A DNA stretch of 64,000 bases from Candidatus Uhrbacteria bacterium (GTDB lineage: Bacteria; Patescibacteriota; Patescibacteriia; UBA9934; GWF2-40-263): contig JACRJU010000012.1 in the NCBI GenBank assembly GCA_016219925.1, forward strand, positions 6,723 through 70,722, written 5' to 3'. Made by a program: the position numbers and the translations under genes. Under the pieces are notes generated by a model, which ran no database searches, was not told where the DNA came from, and saw only the letters and a list, made by a program, of their open reading frames with translations. Shown piece by piece: positions 38,891 through 48,437 of the stretch. The stretch's first letter is position 1. Every line of letters starts with the position of its first letter.

Positions 38891-39772
38891 TCAGTTTCTG
38901 GATTTGAAAAGCCGAAACAGTCGAAGAAGTCTATTTTGCAAGAGATACCACTGATGCTTGAACGCGTGCTGTTTCAGGACACGGAGGATTTTTTTGTTGT
39001 TTTCCTTTTCGAATGTCGTCTGTGTTCCAGGAATCGCAAGAACACTGATTCCACGATCTGTGATAGTTAATGTCGTAACGACAAAATGGGCCTTGCCTAG
39101 GAGTCCAACGATAGTTTTCGGGGTAAACATCATCAAATGGATGCTGGAAAAATAATCCGTGACGGCTCTATCTGCACGCATACCGAAAATATTTGGAACC
39201 TCCAGGAACAAGACCCCTTTTTTGTTCAACCGTGCATGGATGTTTTGTAAAAAGTTTAGCGGATCAGGTACATGCTCCAATATGTGGAGCGCAACAATCA
39301 AATCAAATTTTTCATGATGAAAGGTTCGCTCGCTGAAAAATCCAGTTTGTATATTTAATCCAAAGTAGTCGCGGCTATATTTGGAAAATGGAACAGAAGG
39401 TTCGATACCGAAAACATTCCATCCACATTTTTTGAGTTCATTGAGAAAAATTCCGGATGAGCTTCCTATTTCGAGAGCGTTTTCCCCCTCACCTTCTCCG
39501 TAATTTTTTTTTAGCCAAACGATTTTCGATTGTGCGTCCTCTCTTGATACTCTGAAATACTTTTCTGATGTACTAGTTTCAAATTCGCCTTCAACATAGA
39601 AGCGTTTTAATGCTTCACCATCGGGTTGAGGATTTTGAAACGTAAATCCGCATTCTCTGCAAAGGACATATTGAATTTTTGGGCAAGATAATTTTTTGAT
39701 ATATCGGTCTTTTCCATGTCTCAGGAGTACTTGATAGTTTCCAGAATCACAGATGGGACAATTCATATACAT
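38891..39772 (-). CDS. Class I SAM methyltransferase with N-terminal CxxC/CxxC
   Basis: CPIC...CREC, LEIGSSSG, HILEHVPDP, EVPN. Confidence 0.88.
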   Translation of the reverse strand: MYMNCPICDSGNYQVLLRHGKDRYIKKLSCPKIQYVLCRECGFTFQNPQPDGEALKRFYVEGEFETSTSEKYFRVSREDAQSKIVWLKKNYGEGEGENALEIGSSSGIFLNELKKCGWNVFGIEPSVPFSKYSRDYFGLNIQTGFFSERTFHHEKFDLIVALHILEHVPDPLNFLQNIHARLNKKGVLFLEVPNIFGMRADRAVTDYFSSIHLMMFTPKTIVGLLGKAHFVVTTLTITDRGISVLAIPGTQTTFEKENNKKILRVLKQHAFKHQWYLLQNRLLRLFRLFKSRN

Positions 39773-39837
39773 GTTTGGAAATTAGGCACGGATTTGGGAT
39801 TTAGTTTGGAACCTATTCGTCTGGAGTTAAATGGTCA

Positions 39838-40808
39838 TTAAATGATCTTATTTACACGAACACGTTCTCGAAATTGTGCGAGTGCTCGACTGATCCAAGG
39901 CAATCGAGATTTTATCAAGATTTTGGCGGGGATGCTGTTGGCGATGTATCGATAGAGAAAGGTGTCTCGGTCATGCCGTCGTTTATACGAATCGATAAGT
40001 GAGTGAATTGCTTCTGGATCATCTCTGTGTTCTAGAGCGATGGTCTCGCCCGGCTTCGCAAGCACACAGATTCCCCGAGGCACATTGCCGGCCGCGATCA
40101 CCTGGAACCCGTGCTGGGCAAGCAGTCGCTCGAGTGTTCGTACAGAGAATACATAGAGATGAGGCATGGCGAAGAAAGAAGTGTAAAAGCTACTTTTTGG
40201 GTGATAGATGTCTGGGACTTCAATATAAAGCAGGCCCCCAGGTTTCAGAACGTCGGAGATATCATTGAGGATGGTTTCTGGCCGTTCGAGGTGTTCAAGT
40301 GTGTGTGAGAGAATAACAAAGTCGAAAGAGTGCTGTGGAAACATTTCGGTCTGAAAGAGCTTCGTTTGAATATTTTTGAGTCCGTATATATCGCGTGCAG
40401 TCCGAGTCATGTTTTTTGACGCCTCCACCCCGTGACACTCCCAACCCTTGGCTTTGAACCGGGAAAGAAAGGCTCCCGTGTTACAGCCGATGTCCAAGAT
40501 GCTTGCGCCAGGAGTATATATAGGCATGTGCTTCGCAATCCAGTCAAACGAATGGTCGGCGTATTCTTCTTTTTTCTTTTGTATCCATCTGAAACAGCTT
40601 GATCTTCTTTGTCGTAGTAGTCATGTGAGTACAGCGCCTCAATTTCGTGCGCTACAAGCGTCGGATTTTGATAGACAAACCCACACTCAGTACAGATGAC
40701 ATATCGCGTCTCTGTCGTGCCGACATTTTTTCCAAATGGGTCTTGTTTGTTTATGAGCAAGGTTTCGCTGGTTGGGTTCTGACAGATGAGACAAGAAGTG
40801 TATTTCAT
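39838..40808 (-). pseudogene. Class I SAM methyltransferase split by a -1 frameshift at A6 (40570-40575)
   Basis: N-terminal MKYTSCLIC...CTEC lies in the upstream ORF's frame; the catalytic part (LDIGCNTG, HTLEHL, EVPD) is in the -1 frame. Confidence 0.75.
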
Positions 40809-41810
40809 AGCGTTCGTTTTTTTTGCGATGACGTGCAAGTTGTCTCCCAATCCAACCAAATCGCACAGACGCACAAGAGGAAGCAAGAGGCGGTTCACGG
40901 GCCAATTATTTCGAATGGCTCCTGTGGAAAGAGGAATATGCCAGGCGTCACGTACCCAATATTCGATCGAACCAGACCACCCCTTGGTACTTGAGACCGT
41001 GGAGAGATCAAGGACTTCGTAGCCTTCTTGCTCGAGGAGTGTTCGAAGAACACGTGGAGAGAAAAGCAGGTTGTGTCGTGGGGCATCGAGATTAAACCAA
41101 TAGCTTCGAAATATCTGCGCCGCGAGACTCCAGACATTGGGCATATTCATGTACAGGATACCATCCTTTTTTAGGGCCTGACGGACATGAACGAGAAGGG
41201 TGTGCAGATTGTCGAGGTGTTCGAATACTTGGTTGAGAACAACAGCGTCGAATGTTGGTTCAGACCAATGTTCCTCGATAGAGAAGCCTTGTTGCACATC
41301 CAGTCCAAGAACTCGACTTTGTTGGACCATCTGCGGGGCTGGCTCCAGACCATGCACGTGCCATCCAAGATGCCTTTGTATCAGGAGGAAAGTTCCGGCA
41401 CCACTGCCGACATCCAAAAGTTCCTTCCCCTCTCCTGGGTATTTAAGCGGGGTGGCGCGAAAGAGTTTTGTGTAACGCAGGAGGTTATGAATCCAGCGTG
41501 AGAATATTCCTGCGGCAGGAAGGCCCGCAGGGAGACAAAAAACCTCTTGCCAAATTCGGCGACGAATCTGCATCAGCCATTGAGCGCGAGGAGAGAAAGA
41601 AGGGGATTTTATTGGTGCTTCTGTGTGAGAGATGTAGTGGTCATCGTAGTGTTCCTCGTAGGTGTGAGAGGTCGTTTGAGGATGGAGGAAGATCAAACCA
41701 CACGAGAGACAGCGATAGTATCCAGAGTTGACGAGCGGCTTGTTTCTCAAACGGTCTTGGCCGCGGGTCCAGATCCTCGCATTTTGGTCACGACAGGAAG
41801 GGCACGTCAT
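40805..41810 (-). CDS. Class I SAM methyltransferase with N-terminal CxxC/CxxC (as sequenced, fused to the next gene's N-terminus and ending at 40407)
   Basis: CPSC...CLSC, LDVGSGAG, VFEHL, LDAPRH; the natural end is probably the ATGA at 40805-40808. Confidence 0.8.
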
Positions 41811-41814
41811 ACAA

Positions 41815-43347
41815 TTATTTTGTGTTCAAGCGTAGCAGACGATCTGTGATACATCCTACAGCATCTTCAGGATAGTTGACGTAGGTTTTAAGAAAAGTGG
41901 GTATGTGTGACCGTATGAGGGTCTGCGTATGTGGGTCGGTCTGCGATTCCAAAGCGAGAGCGAGCTCTTGTGCGTTATGAGCGCTCCACGCGGCTTGTAA
42001 CGTCACCATGTCCATGTCCGCGACTTCGTCGATATTGAGCAAAATGACGGGGATACCCTGAAGAGCCGCTTCCACGTGTAGGGTTGAGGAGGAAGTGATG
42101 AGTACTTCTGGAAGCTCCAAGAGATCATTGATATTCGACGTAGCTGATCGGATGAAGACATCGTGCTCCAGTTTAAGGCCATGATCACGCACAAGGTTCT
42201 CAAAGAAATTTTTGGCGTCGTAGGGACTTTTAGCTGGATGCGGTGTGATGAGGAGTTTCCAGGTCGTAGAGGTACGTGAAGTGAACTGACGATGGGCGTT
42301 GAGCACGAGCATGCATAGCGCCGCATTCTTTGTGAGATCAAAATGTTGACCTGAAAAGAGAATGAAATGTTGATCTGGCAGAGAGAACTGGGCAAGTCGC
42401 TGTTCTCGGTCTCCTTTTTTTGGAGCAGAAAACAGAGGAGTGAGCGCTGGCGATCCCGTGATGGTGATCCTATTTTCGTCCACGCCGTGATTCACAAAGT
42501 ACTGTTTTGCGCACGATCCCCAGACAAACAGCGAGGAGACAATCGAAGGGGTGTTCACAACTAGATTTTTTGTGGTTTCGTTGGTCACGCCATGTTGGAT
42601 CAAGATTGTGCGGAGATGTTGTTGTTTCGCGCGGGTCAGTATCAGACGTTCGAATGGATGCATTTCTGTCGCTGAAATAACCACCATATCTTCATGGAGT
42701 TCAGTTTTGAGAGCGGCCTCTATTTGGAGGAACCGAGGGGCGTGAAAGAGTAGTTGGCAGAGTGGTTCAAGCATCTGGATTCGTTTTTTCGATGAGAGAA
42801 GCTTGATGGTAGTTTGCCCGAGCATACACAATAGCGACCAAACTTGTTTGAGTGGAACGGATCCTTTTGTAAGATTCACGCAAGGAAGTTTTGGATACCG
42901 GCTCTGCAGGGCTCTGCATTGTCCTGCATCAAAGGTAAATACGCAGACCTTCTCTCCCCGCTCGCTGAGTGATTGGACGACTGGATCGAGTGTTTTCGCG
43001 ATCGCTCCATAGGGAGCATGTTTGGCCAAGAGGAAGGCAAACGTGCGACCTCGAGGATGGTTCAACGGTTCTGCATTTTCTGTGCGTACGCACAGATGTG
43101 CACACTTCCAGAGAGCCGCAACGAGAGATCGAATCAATCGACACCAGGGTCCTCGTTCATTTCCAGACTCGCGACCTTCGCACATCGATAAAAAAACAGG
43201 CAACCGAAGTAGCCCACCATAAGAAATTCCGTTGTGAAGCGTGAGGTCTTTTCCATCCTCGAGGAACCAGTGGTCGGCGAATTCTAGACTCCAGGAGGCG
43301 GTCGCCTGTCGTGTTGATGCATCAAAAGTGGGGATTCTAGGCGTCAT
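41815..43347 (-). CDS. GT-B-fold capsule/glycan transferase (Kdo/sialyl/CDP-glycerol-transferase-like)
   Basis: IQHG, FVWG, ITGSP, PHP, SSTLHVEAALQGIPV. Confidence 0.55.
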   Translation of the reverse strand: MTPRIPTFDASTRQATASWSLEFADHWFLEDGKDLTLHNGISYGGLLRLPVFLSMCEGRESGNERGPWCRLIRSLVAALWKCAHLCVRTENAEPLNHPRGRTFAFLLAKHAPYGAIAKTLDPVVQSLSERGEKVCVFTFDAGQCRALQSRYPKLPCVNLTKGSVPLKQVWSLLCMLGQTTIKLLSSKKRIQMLEPLCQLLFHAPRFLQIEAALKTELHEDMVVISATEMHPFERLILTRAKQQHLRTILIQHGVTNETTKNLVVNTPSIVSSLFVWGSCAKQYFVNHGVDENRITITGSPALTPLFSAPKKGDREQRLAQFSLPDQHFILFSGQHFDLTKNAALCMLVLNAHRQFTSRTSTTWKLLITPHPAKSPYDAKNFFENLVRDHGLKLEHDVFIRSATSNINDLLELPEVLITSSSTLHVEAALQGIPVILLNIDEVADMDMVTLQAAWSAHNAQELALALESQTDPHTQTLIRSHIPTFLKTYVNYPEDAVGCITDRLLRLNTK

Positions 43348-43351
43348 AGGA

Positions 43352-44053
43352 CTAAAGTGTCACGTATCGGTCGTTCCACTCTGCCAAGATGAGCTCCGCT
43401 AAGCGAAGTTCGTCCTGTGTATGGATGTCCACGGTCATATTGAGATCATCAAATTCGTGAATGCACACATGGGGACCCAGTCGTTCGCCTTGGGCCATGT
43501 AGGTGGCTTTCGTACAGGTGATGAGTCCACTATAACAGATGTAGATTTGATCGGGCTTGAGTTGGCGTACGGTGAATCCACTGTCCAGACGTTGGAGACC
43601 TTCCATCGTTCGTCTCCAAACGGACTTATGTTCACGCACGCCACTGATGACTGAATCGAATCCACCTAAGAGCATCGCATCAATGGCTTCGTCCAAAAAA
43701 GCAGGTGGTCGCACAGGCCGTGTCGGATCGACAAAACAGATGTACTCGATGGAGGGGTCTTGTTCTAGGAGGATATTGGTCATATAGGCGAATGTATCCT
43801 CAAGGCGAATGTGATCCTGTGTGAGGGTTTCCGGAAGCAAACAAGGAATTTCGGCTCCATACGAAGCAGCGATATCCGCAATTTGTGAGTCATCCGTGGC
43901 GACAATAATACGCCCAATCCGATTGGATCTTTTTGCAGCAGCGATCGCGTACGCAATGAGAGGATGACCATGAAGGGATTGAAGGTTCTTTTTCATCAGA
44001 CCTTTTGAACCACCTCGGGCCGGGACGATCGCAACAATATTTGGAGTCTTCAT
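43352..44053 (-). CDS. Acylneuraminate/ulosonate cytidylyltransferase (NeuA family)
   Basis: AIVPARGGSKGLMKKNL, PLIAY, VATDD, PTRP, VDIH..DE. Confidence 0.9.
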   Translation of the reverse strand: MKTPNIVAIVPARGGSKGLMKKNLQSLHGHPLIAYAIAAAKRSNRIGRIIVATDDSQIADIAASYGAEIPCLLPETLTQDHIRLEDTFAYMTNILLEQDPSIEYICFVDPTRPVRPPAFLDEAIDAMLLGGFDSVISGVREHKSVWRRTMEGLQRLDSGFTVRQLKPDQIYICYSGLITCTKATYMAQGERLGPHVCIHEFDDLNMTVDIHTQDELRLAELILAEWNDRYVTL

Positions 44054-45459
44054 AGACCGATCTCATGACGTTTGAAGAATAGATGTTTTGCCATTTCCCG
44101 TTGGGTATCTTCTTGAATATCCAAAAGGGAGAGTGCATGGTCAAGTTGAACAACGGCAACGGATTCACCGAGTCGAGCGCCGGCATGAATGAAGGTGGTT
44201 TTCGTGATGCAACCCAGACCCGTGTATCCCATCCAAAGCGGATCTTTCTGTGCGTGTTTCACAAAGCCACTATCCTTGCGAGCGAAGATTCCATCTTCCA
44301 ATGCCCATACAGCTCGGTACTCTTTTTTGGCGACAAAGACCGAATCTTCCTTTTCAATCAAAGATTTTTTGATGAGAGCATCTATTAGTTCAGCGGTCCG
44401 GAACACGTGGGTTCCCTTAAAAAAGAGTACATGAGAAGGGGTAAATCCGCAGGACACTTCCTCTTGTGCGAGCGTGGTCTGTAAGACTTCTTCTAAGGAA
44501 GCCGTTGGGCCATTAAACATTGGGGTCAAATAAAAGAACGTTTTGAATCCGTGCAGACGTGCCCGTTCAAGGGCTACTGGATGTTTGCTTGCCACAACGA
44601 CTCGACGGACGAGAGTGGCACGCGCAATCTCACCAAGGACGTGATCTAAGAACGACTGGTCTGACCCGTAGGGAGTTTCGAGTAAAAGCTCGGTATCTTC
44701 GTCACTCAACGGCAGGATGGTGAGGATCTGTTGTGCGCCATCCCAAGCAAGTTGTCGATCTACTTCTTGAGAGGAGACGGAAGAGGGTTCCAGTTGTTCT
44801 AAAATTCTGACGGTTGTTTCACATCGACCAACGTTCCCATATTGGTGAATACCATGATGATGGTAAACACAGGCCTCCGGTTCGTACACGACGGCGAACC
44901 CGCGTTCTTGTACAGCCTTCGTCCATAGCCGGTCTTCAATATTGGTTGCGGTCTCGTCAAACGGGGTGTGTTCCCAGACACCGCGGCGAATGATGGAGTT
45001 TGCATTATGGAAAAAGTTATCCTTCCGCTGGATTTTCTTCTCTGGCCCGAACGTAATGAGGAGGTCGCGTTTATCAAACGGAGAAGATTCTGGAAGAGGA
45101 AGTTGACGCCCATAGACCCCGGCGATCTGGTTGTCCTGTGAAAGGGTGGTGACAAGTTGTTCGAGCCATGTGGAATCCGCTGGGACAGCATGGGCAGACA
45201 AGAGAACCAAAAAAGACCCTTGTGAAGCACGGATGCCAGCGTTGAGGGCTTGCCCGGGGCGATACGGGGAGACTTCATGGGAGATCATTTGGCAGGGAAA
45301 TTTCTTTGCAATTTCAAGCGTGCGATCCGTCGACCCCGTGTCAACCACAATCACTTCACGATTCTGATAGGTCTGGGTTTCGATGGCGCTGAGTGTACGT
45401 CCGATCCAGGCCTCCTCGTTCTTGGTTCGGATGATGATGGAGACGAGCGATTGGGTCAT
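44050..45459 (-). CDS. GT2 glycosyltransferase fused to a degenerate cytidylyltransferase-like domain
   Basis: N-terminus [25 protein letters not shown]; the C-terminus parallels the adjacent NeuA-like protein but lacks PARGGSK. Confidence 0.8.
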   Translation of the reverse strand: MTQSLVSIIIRTKNEEAWIGRTLSAIETQTYQNREVIVVDTGSTDRTLEIAKKFPCQMISHEVSPYRPGQALNAGIRASQGSFLVLLSAHAVPADSTWLEQLVTTLSQDNQIAGVYGRQLPLPESSPFDKRDLLITFGPEKKIQRKDNFFHNANSIIRRGVWEHTPFDETATNIEDRLWTKAVQERGFAVVYEPEACVYHHHGIHQYGNVGRCETTVRILEQLEPSSVSSQEVDRQLAWDGAQQILTILPLSDEDTELLLETPYGSDQSFLDHVLGEIARATLVRRVVVASKHPVALERARLHGFKTFFYLTPMFNGPTASLEEVLQTTLAQEEVSCGFTPSHVLFFKGTHVFRTAELIDALIKKSLIEKEDSVFVAKKEYRAVWALEDGIFARKDSGFVKHAQKDPLWMGYTGLGCITKTTFIHAGARLGESVAVVQLDHALSLLDIQEDTQREMAKHLFFKRHEIGL

Positions 45460-46382
45460 AGCGTCCTGCCAACGGCTGGTGCGATAGATCGTACATCCTT
45501 CATGAGTGTGTTGAATGCTTCAAAATTTAGGGCCTGGAGCGGATCTACCCACGCCACTTCGGGGGTAGGATGAACGTCGATCAGAAGTCCATCAGCACCC
45601 CCAGCAATCGCCGCGCGGCTCATGGCGCACACATACGATCGTTTGAAGGTTGAATGACTTGGGTCGGCGATGACTGGAATCGTTGGAGCGTATTCGTTCA
45701 GAGCGACGATGGCTTGGATATCCAAGATGGCTCGTGAGGCCGTGTTGTGTGTATGAGGGACGGCCACCCCGCGTTCACACACGACGATATTGGTTTTTCC
45801 TCGAGCGTAAAAATGTTCCACCACCCCCAAGAGACTTCGAATGGATTCACCGGCATGGCGCTTTAAGAGCACGGGTTTGGAGGTGTGACACAGACGGTAG
45901 AGCAAGTCCATGTTAAACATCGATCGATAGCCAACTTGGTACATGTCGACATACGGCTCCATCAAGTCGATCGCGTCGGCAAAGGTGGGTTCTGAAACGA
46001 TCGGGAGCCCCACGGATTTTCCTGCCTCCGCAAAATAGACAAATCGTGATTCTGCGCGTTCGAGGACTTCTTTTTTTGAAAGAATGTGGGTGCGTGGCAG
46101 ATCTTCTCCGTCACTTCCCGCGTCCGCAAGCAGCAAAGGATCTCCATACGGAAAGGTGAGAGGTTTGAATACGCCACCTCGTAAGATTGTCGCCCCCGCA
46201 TCTTTTACTGCCTTGGCGATGGCGAACACCTGTTCGCGACTTTCGACCGTGCACGGTCCGGCCATAATCGTGAGGGTCTCTCCGCCGACTTGTGTATTCC
46301 CAACAATCACAGGACGTTTGGATCCCTGAACATTCGAGAGAGGGAGGTTATTTTGAAGATCTGTTTCGCTGATGTCCTTCAT
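45456..46382 (-). CDS. DAHP synthase I-beta/KDO8P synthase family aldolase, divergent
   Basis: [37 protein letters not shown]. Confidence 0.85.
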   Translation of the reverse strand: MKDISETDLQNNLPLSNVQGSKRPVIVGNTQVGGETLTIMAGPCTVESREQVFAIAKAVKDAGATILRGGVFKPLTFPYGDPLLLADAGSDGEDLPRTHILSKKEVLERAESRFVYFAEAGKSVGLPIVSEPTFADAIDLMEPYVDMYQVGYRSMFNMDLLYRLCHTSKPVLLKRHAGESIRSLLGVVEHFYARGKTNIVVCERGVAVPHTHNTASRAILDIQAIVALNEYAPTIPVIADPSHSTFKRSYVCAMSRAAIAGGADGLLIDVHPTPEVAWVDPLQALNFEAFNTLMKDVRSIAPAVGRTL

Positions 46383-46391
46383 AGCATGTGG

Positions 46392-47306
46392 TTAGACAGA
46401 TGACATGATAGTTTTTACGGAGGTCTGTGGAACTGGGTTCCTCATCCCCGAGGCCGCTTTTTCAAAGGCGATAACGGCTTGTTTGAGATTCATCTCTTTT
46501 CCGTTGAGTGTGTGTGCTCCGTGTTCACGGGCGAAGCGCAAGAGAGGAGTTTCCAGAGGCTGGTAGATGACATCAAAGACGAAATTGGTCGGGCGCAGGG
46601 ATGCCAGGGCCTCAACATCGATCGGCGACTGATTTTCTTGTCCAGATCCGTTGAAACCCAGCGTGGTAGCATTCACGATGATATCAGCATGGGCAACGAC
46701 TTCCGAAGAGATCGGCCAGGCAACGACTGCTGTTGGACAGATAGACTCCACTTTTTGTTGGAACGCCCTGGCGGTATCCAACGTCCGATTGGCGATAAGA
46801 AGTTTTCCTTGTGAGCCGATTGCTCGCGCGAGATATACCCCGACGGCTTGCCCAGCCCCGCCGAGTCCCATGAGCAGAACGGTTTTTCCTGCGATCGGTC
46901 CGGCGTGGAATTCGAGACTCTCTCGTGCAGCCGCTCCATCCGTATTTGCGCCCACAAGCCTTCCGTCTCGACGGTAGAGGGCATTGACGGCACCAATCAA
47001 CCGAGCTTCTTTTTCAACCTCGTCCAAAAAAGCACTTATCGTCTGTTTGTGTGGTGTGGTCACGGCTCCTCCGACAAATCGTAGGTCGTTTTTGAGTTCC
47101 TTAACGACCTCGTGGAGATATTCAGGGGCAACATCCATTGCGTGCATCTTGGCCGAGATCCCCAGGCCTGCGAATGCGGCATTCCACAGAAGGGGAGAGC
47201 GAGCGCCTTTGGAAGGGTGTGCCCCCAAGATGGCCGCATAGGAAGTTGTGGCATCAAGGTCGAGCGTCTCTCGGTTCTCTACATGCGTGAGTATAACCTG
47301 CGCCAT
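46392..47306 (-). CDS. Shikimate dehydrogenase (AroE)-like protein
   Basis: RSP, VTTPHK, IGAVN, NTDG, GLGGAG, ANRT, VNAT, DVIYQPLETPLL. Confidence 0.85.
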   Translation of the reverse strand: MAQVILTHVENRETLDLDATTSYAAILGAHPSKGARSPLLWNAAFAGLGISAKMHAMDVAPEYLHEVVKELKNDLRFVGGAVTTPHKQTISAFLDEVEKEARLIGAVNALYRRDGRLVGANTDGAAARESLEFHAGPIAGKTVLLMGLGGAGQAVGVYLARAIGSQGKLLIANRTLDTARAFQQKVESICPTAVVAWPISSEVVAHADIIVNATTLGFNGSGQENQSPIDVEALASLRPTNFVFDVIYQPLETPLLRFAREHGAHTLNGKEMNLKQAVIAFEKAASGMRNPVPQTSVKTIMSSV

Positions 47307-47309
47307 AGG

Positions 47310-48371
47310 TTAGGTTGAGGGATTCCCCAAGCGAGCCGAACGAACTTGTTCATTCACAGGTACCCACGCGTGGTCTTCCGCACTTTTATACAAGGCGTGG
47401 ACGATGCGAACACTTGCAAGCGCGTCCGCGGGAGTGACAGGGGGATCGATGCGTCCAGCATTGAGTCGGTCAAATGTTTCCTGGAGCAAAGGGCCATGCG
47501 AGAGACCATATCCATTCGGAACGGCTTGCGAGTAGGTGCTGGGAGTTTCTTCATCCCCAGCCTGCTTGTGTGTGAACACCCATCCAACGATGGTGTTAAG
47601 TGCGACGCCGCTAATCTGGGCGGACCCGTGTTCCCCCACAATAGAGAGAGAGGCCTCTTTGTCTTCCGGCCGAGCGGCGGTTGTGACTTCAATCGTGCCA
47701 AGTCCGCCGTGTTCAAATCGGACAAGGGCAACGGTCGTGTCTTCAGCTTCAAGTCGGTTGAGGGCATTTTGTTGTGCGCTTACCACCTCCTTGATCGGGC
47801 CACAGATCCATTGCAGGGCATCGATGTGGTGGATAGCTTGTTGGCTGATGACCCCACCGTCCATCTTCCACGTCCCATGCCATCCATCCTCATAGTAATC
47901 TTGATAGCGGCACCAAATCACACGAGCGCTTCCTAAAACTTGTTTTCCAAAACGACCAGAATCCACGGTCTGTTTAAGATGGGCGATTGCGGGGTTGAAT
48001 CGGTTCTGTTTAATCGCGGCGTACATCAGTTTTTTTTGTGCGGCCAAGGCGATGTTCTCTTTGACCTCCTGAGGAAGCAGGCCAATGGGTTTTTCCACGA
48101 TCACGTGTTTCCCGGCGTTCAGAGCCTCACGCGCATGTACACCATGTTTTCCTGATTCTGTGAGAACGAGCATCACGTCGACATTAGGGTTTTGGAGTAT
48201 TTCGTTGAGGTCGTACACAGCGGTAGCTCCAAGGCGTTGAGCCATCGCATCCGCCTTTTCTTTTACGAGGTCACAGGTGGAAACAACCTGTACCCCATGT
48301 ATTCCTTTTTCGAGAAATTGAGCAATGTGGCTGGCGACCCGACCACATCCAAGAAGGGCCAAACGTTGCAT
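47310..48371 (-). CDS. Gfo/Idh/MocA-family oxidoreductase (WlbA/WbpB-like)
   Basis: GCGRV, VEKP, QNRFN, WHGTWKMDGG, IHHID. Confidence 0.88.
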   Translation of the reverse strand: MQRLALLGCGRVASHIAQFLEKGIHGVQVVSTCDLVKEKADAMAQRLGATAVYDLNEILQNPNVDVMLVLTESGKHGVHAREALNAGKHVIVEKPIGLLPQEVKENIALAAQKKLMYAAIKQNRFNPAIAHLKQTVDSGRFGKQVLGSARVIWCRYQDYYEDGWHGTWKMDGGVISQQAIHHIDALQWICGPIKEVVSAQQNALNRLEAEDTTVALVRFEHGGLGTIEVTTAARPEDKEASLSIVGEHGSAQISGVALNTIVGWVFTHKQAGDEETPSTYSQAVPNGYGLSHGPLLQETFDRLNAGRIDPPVTPADALASVRIVHALYKSAEDHAWVPVNEQVRSARLGNPST

Positions 48372-48437
48372 AGTTTTCAATTAAAAAGCAGGATCATCTT
48401 GCCATAATGTCCTGCTACGGTCAAAGAGTTCTCAGGA

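Noticed and set aside
45456-47306. Ordinary aromatic amino acid biosynthesis operon (aroF-aroE)
   Set aside because: Other aro genes are absent from the window, active-site motifs diverge, and the genes are coupled to glycan genes.
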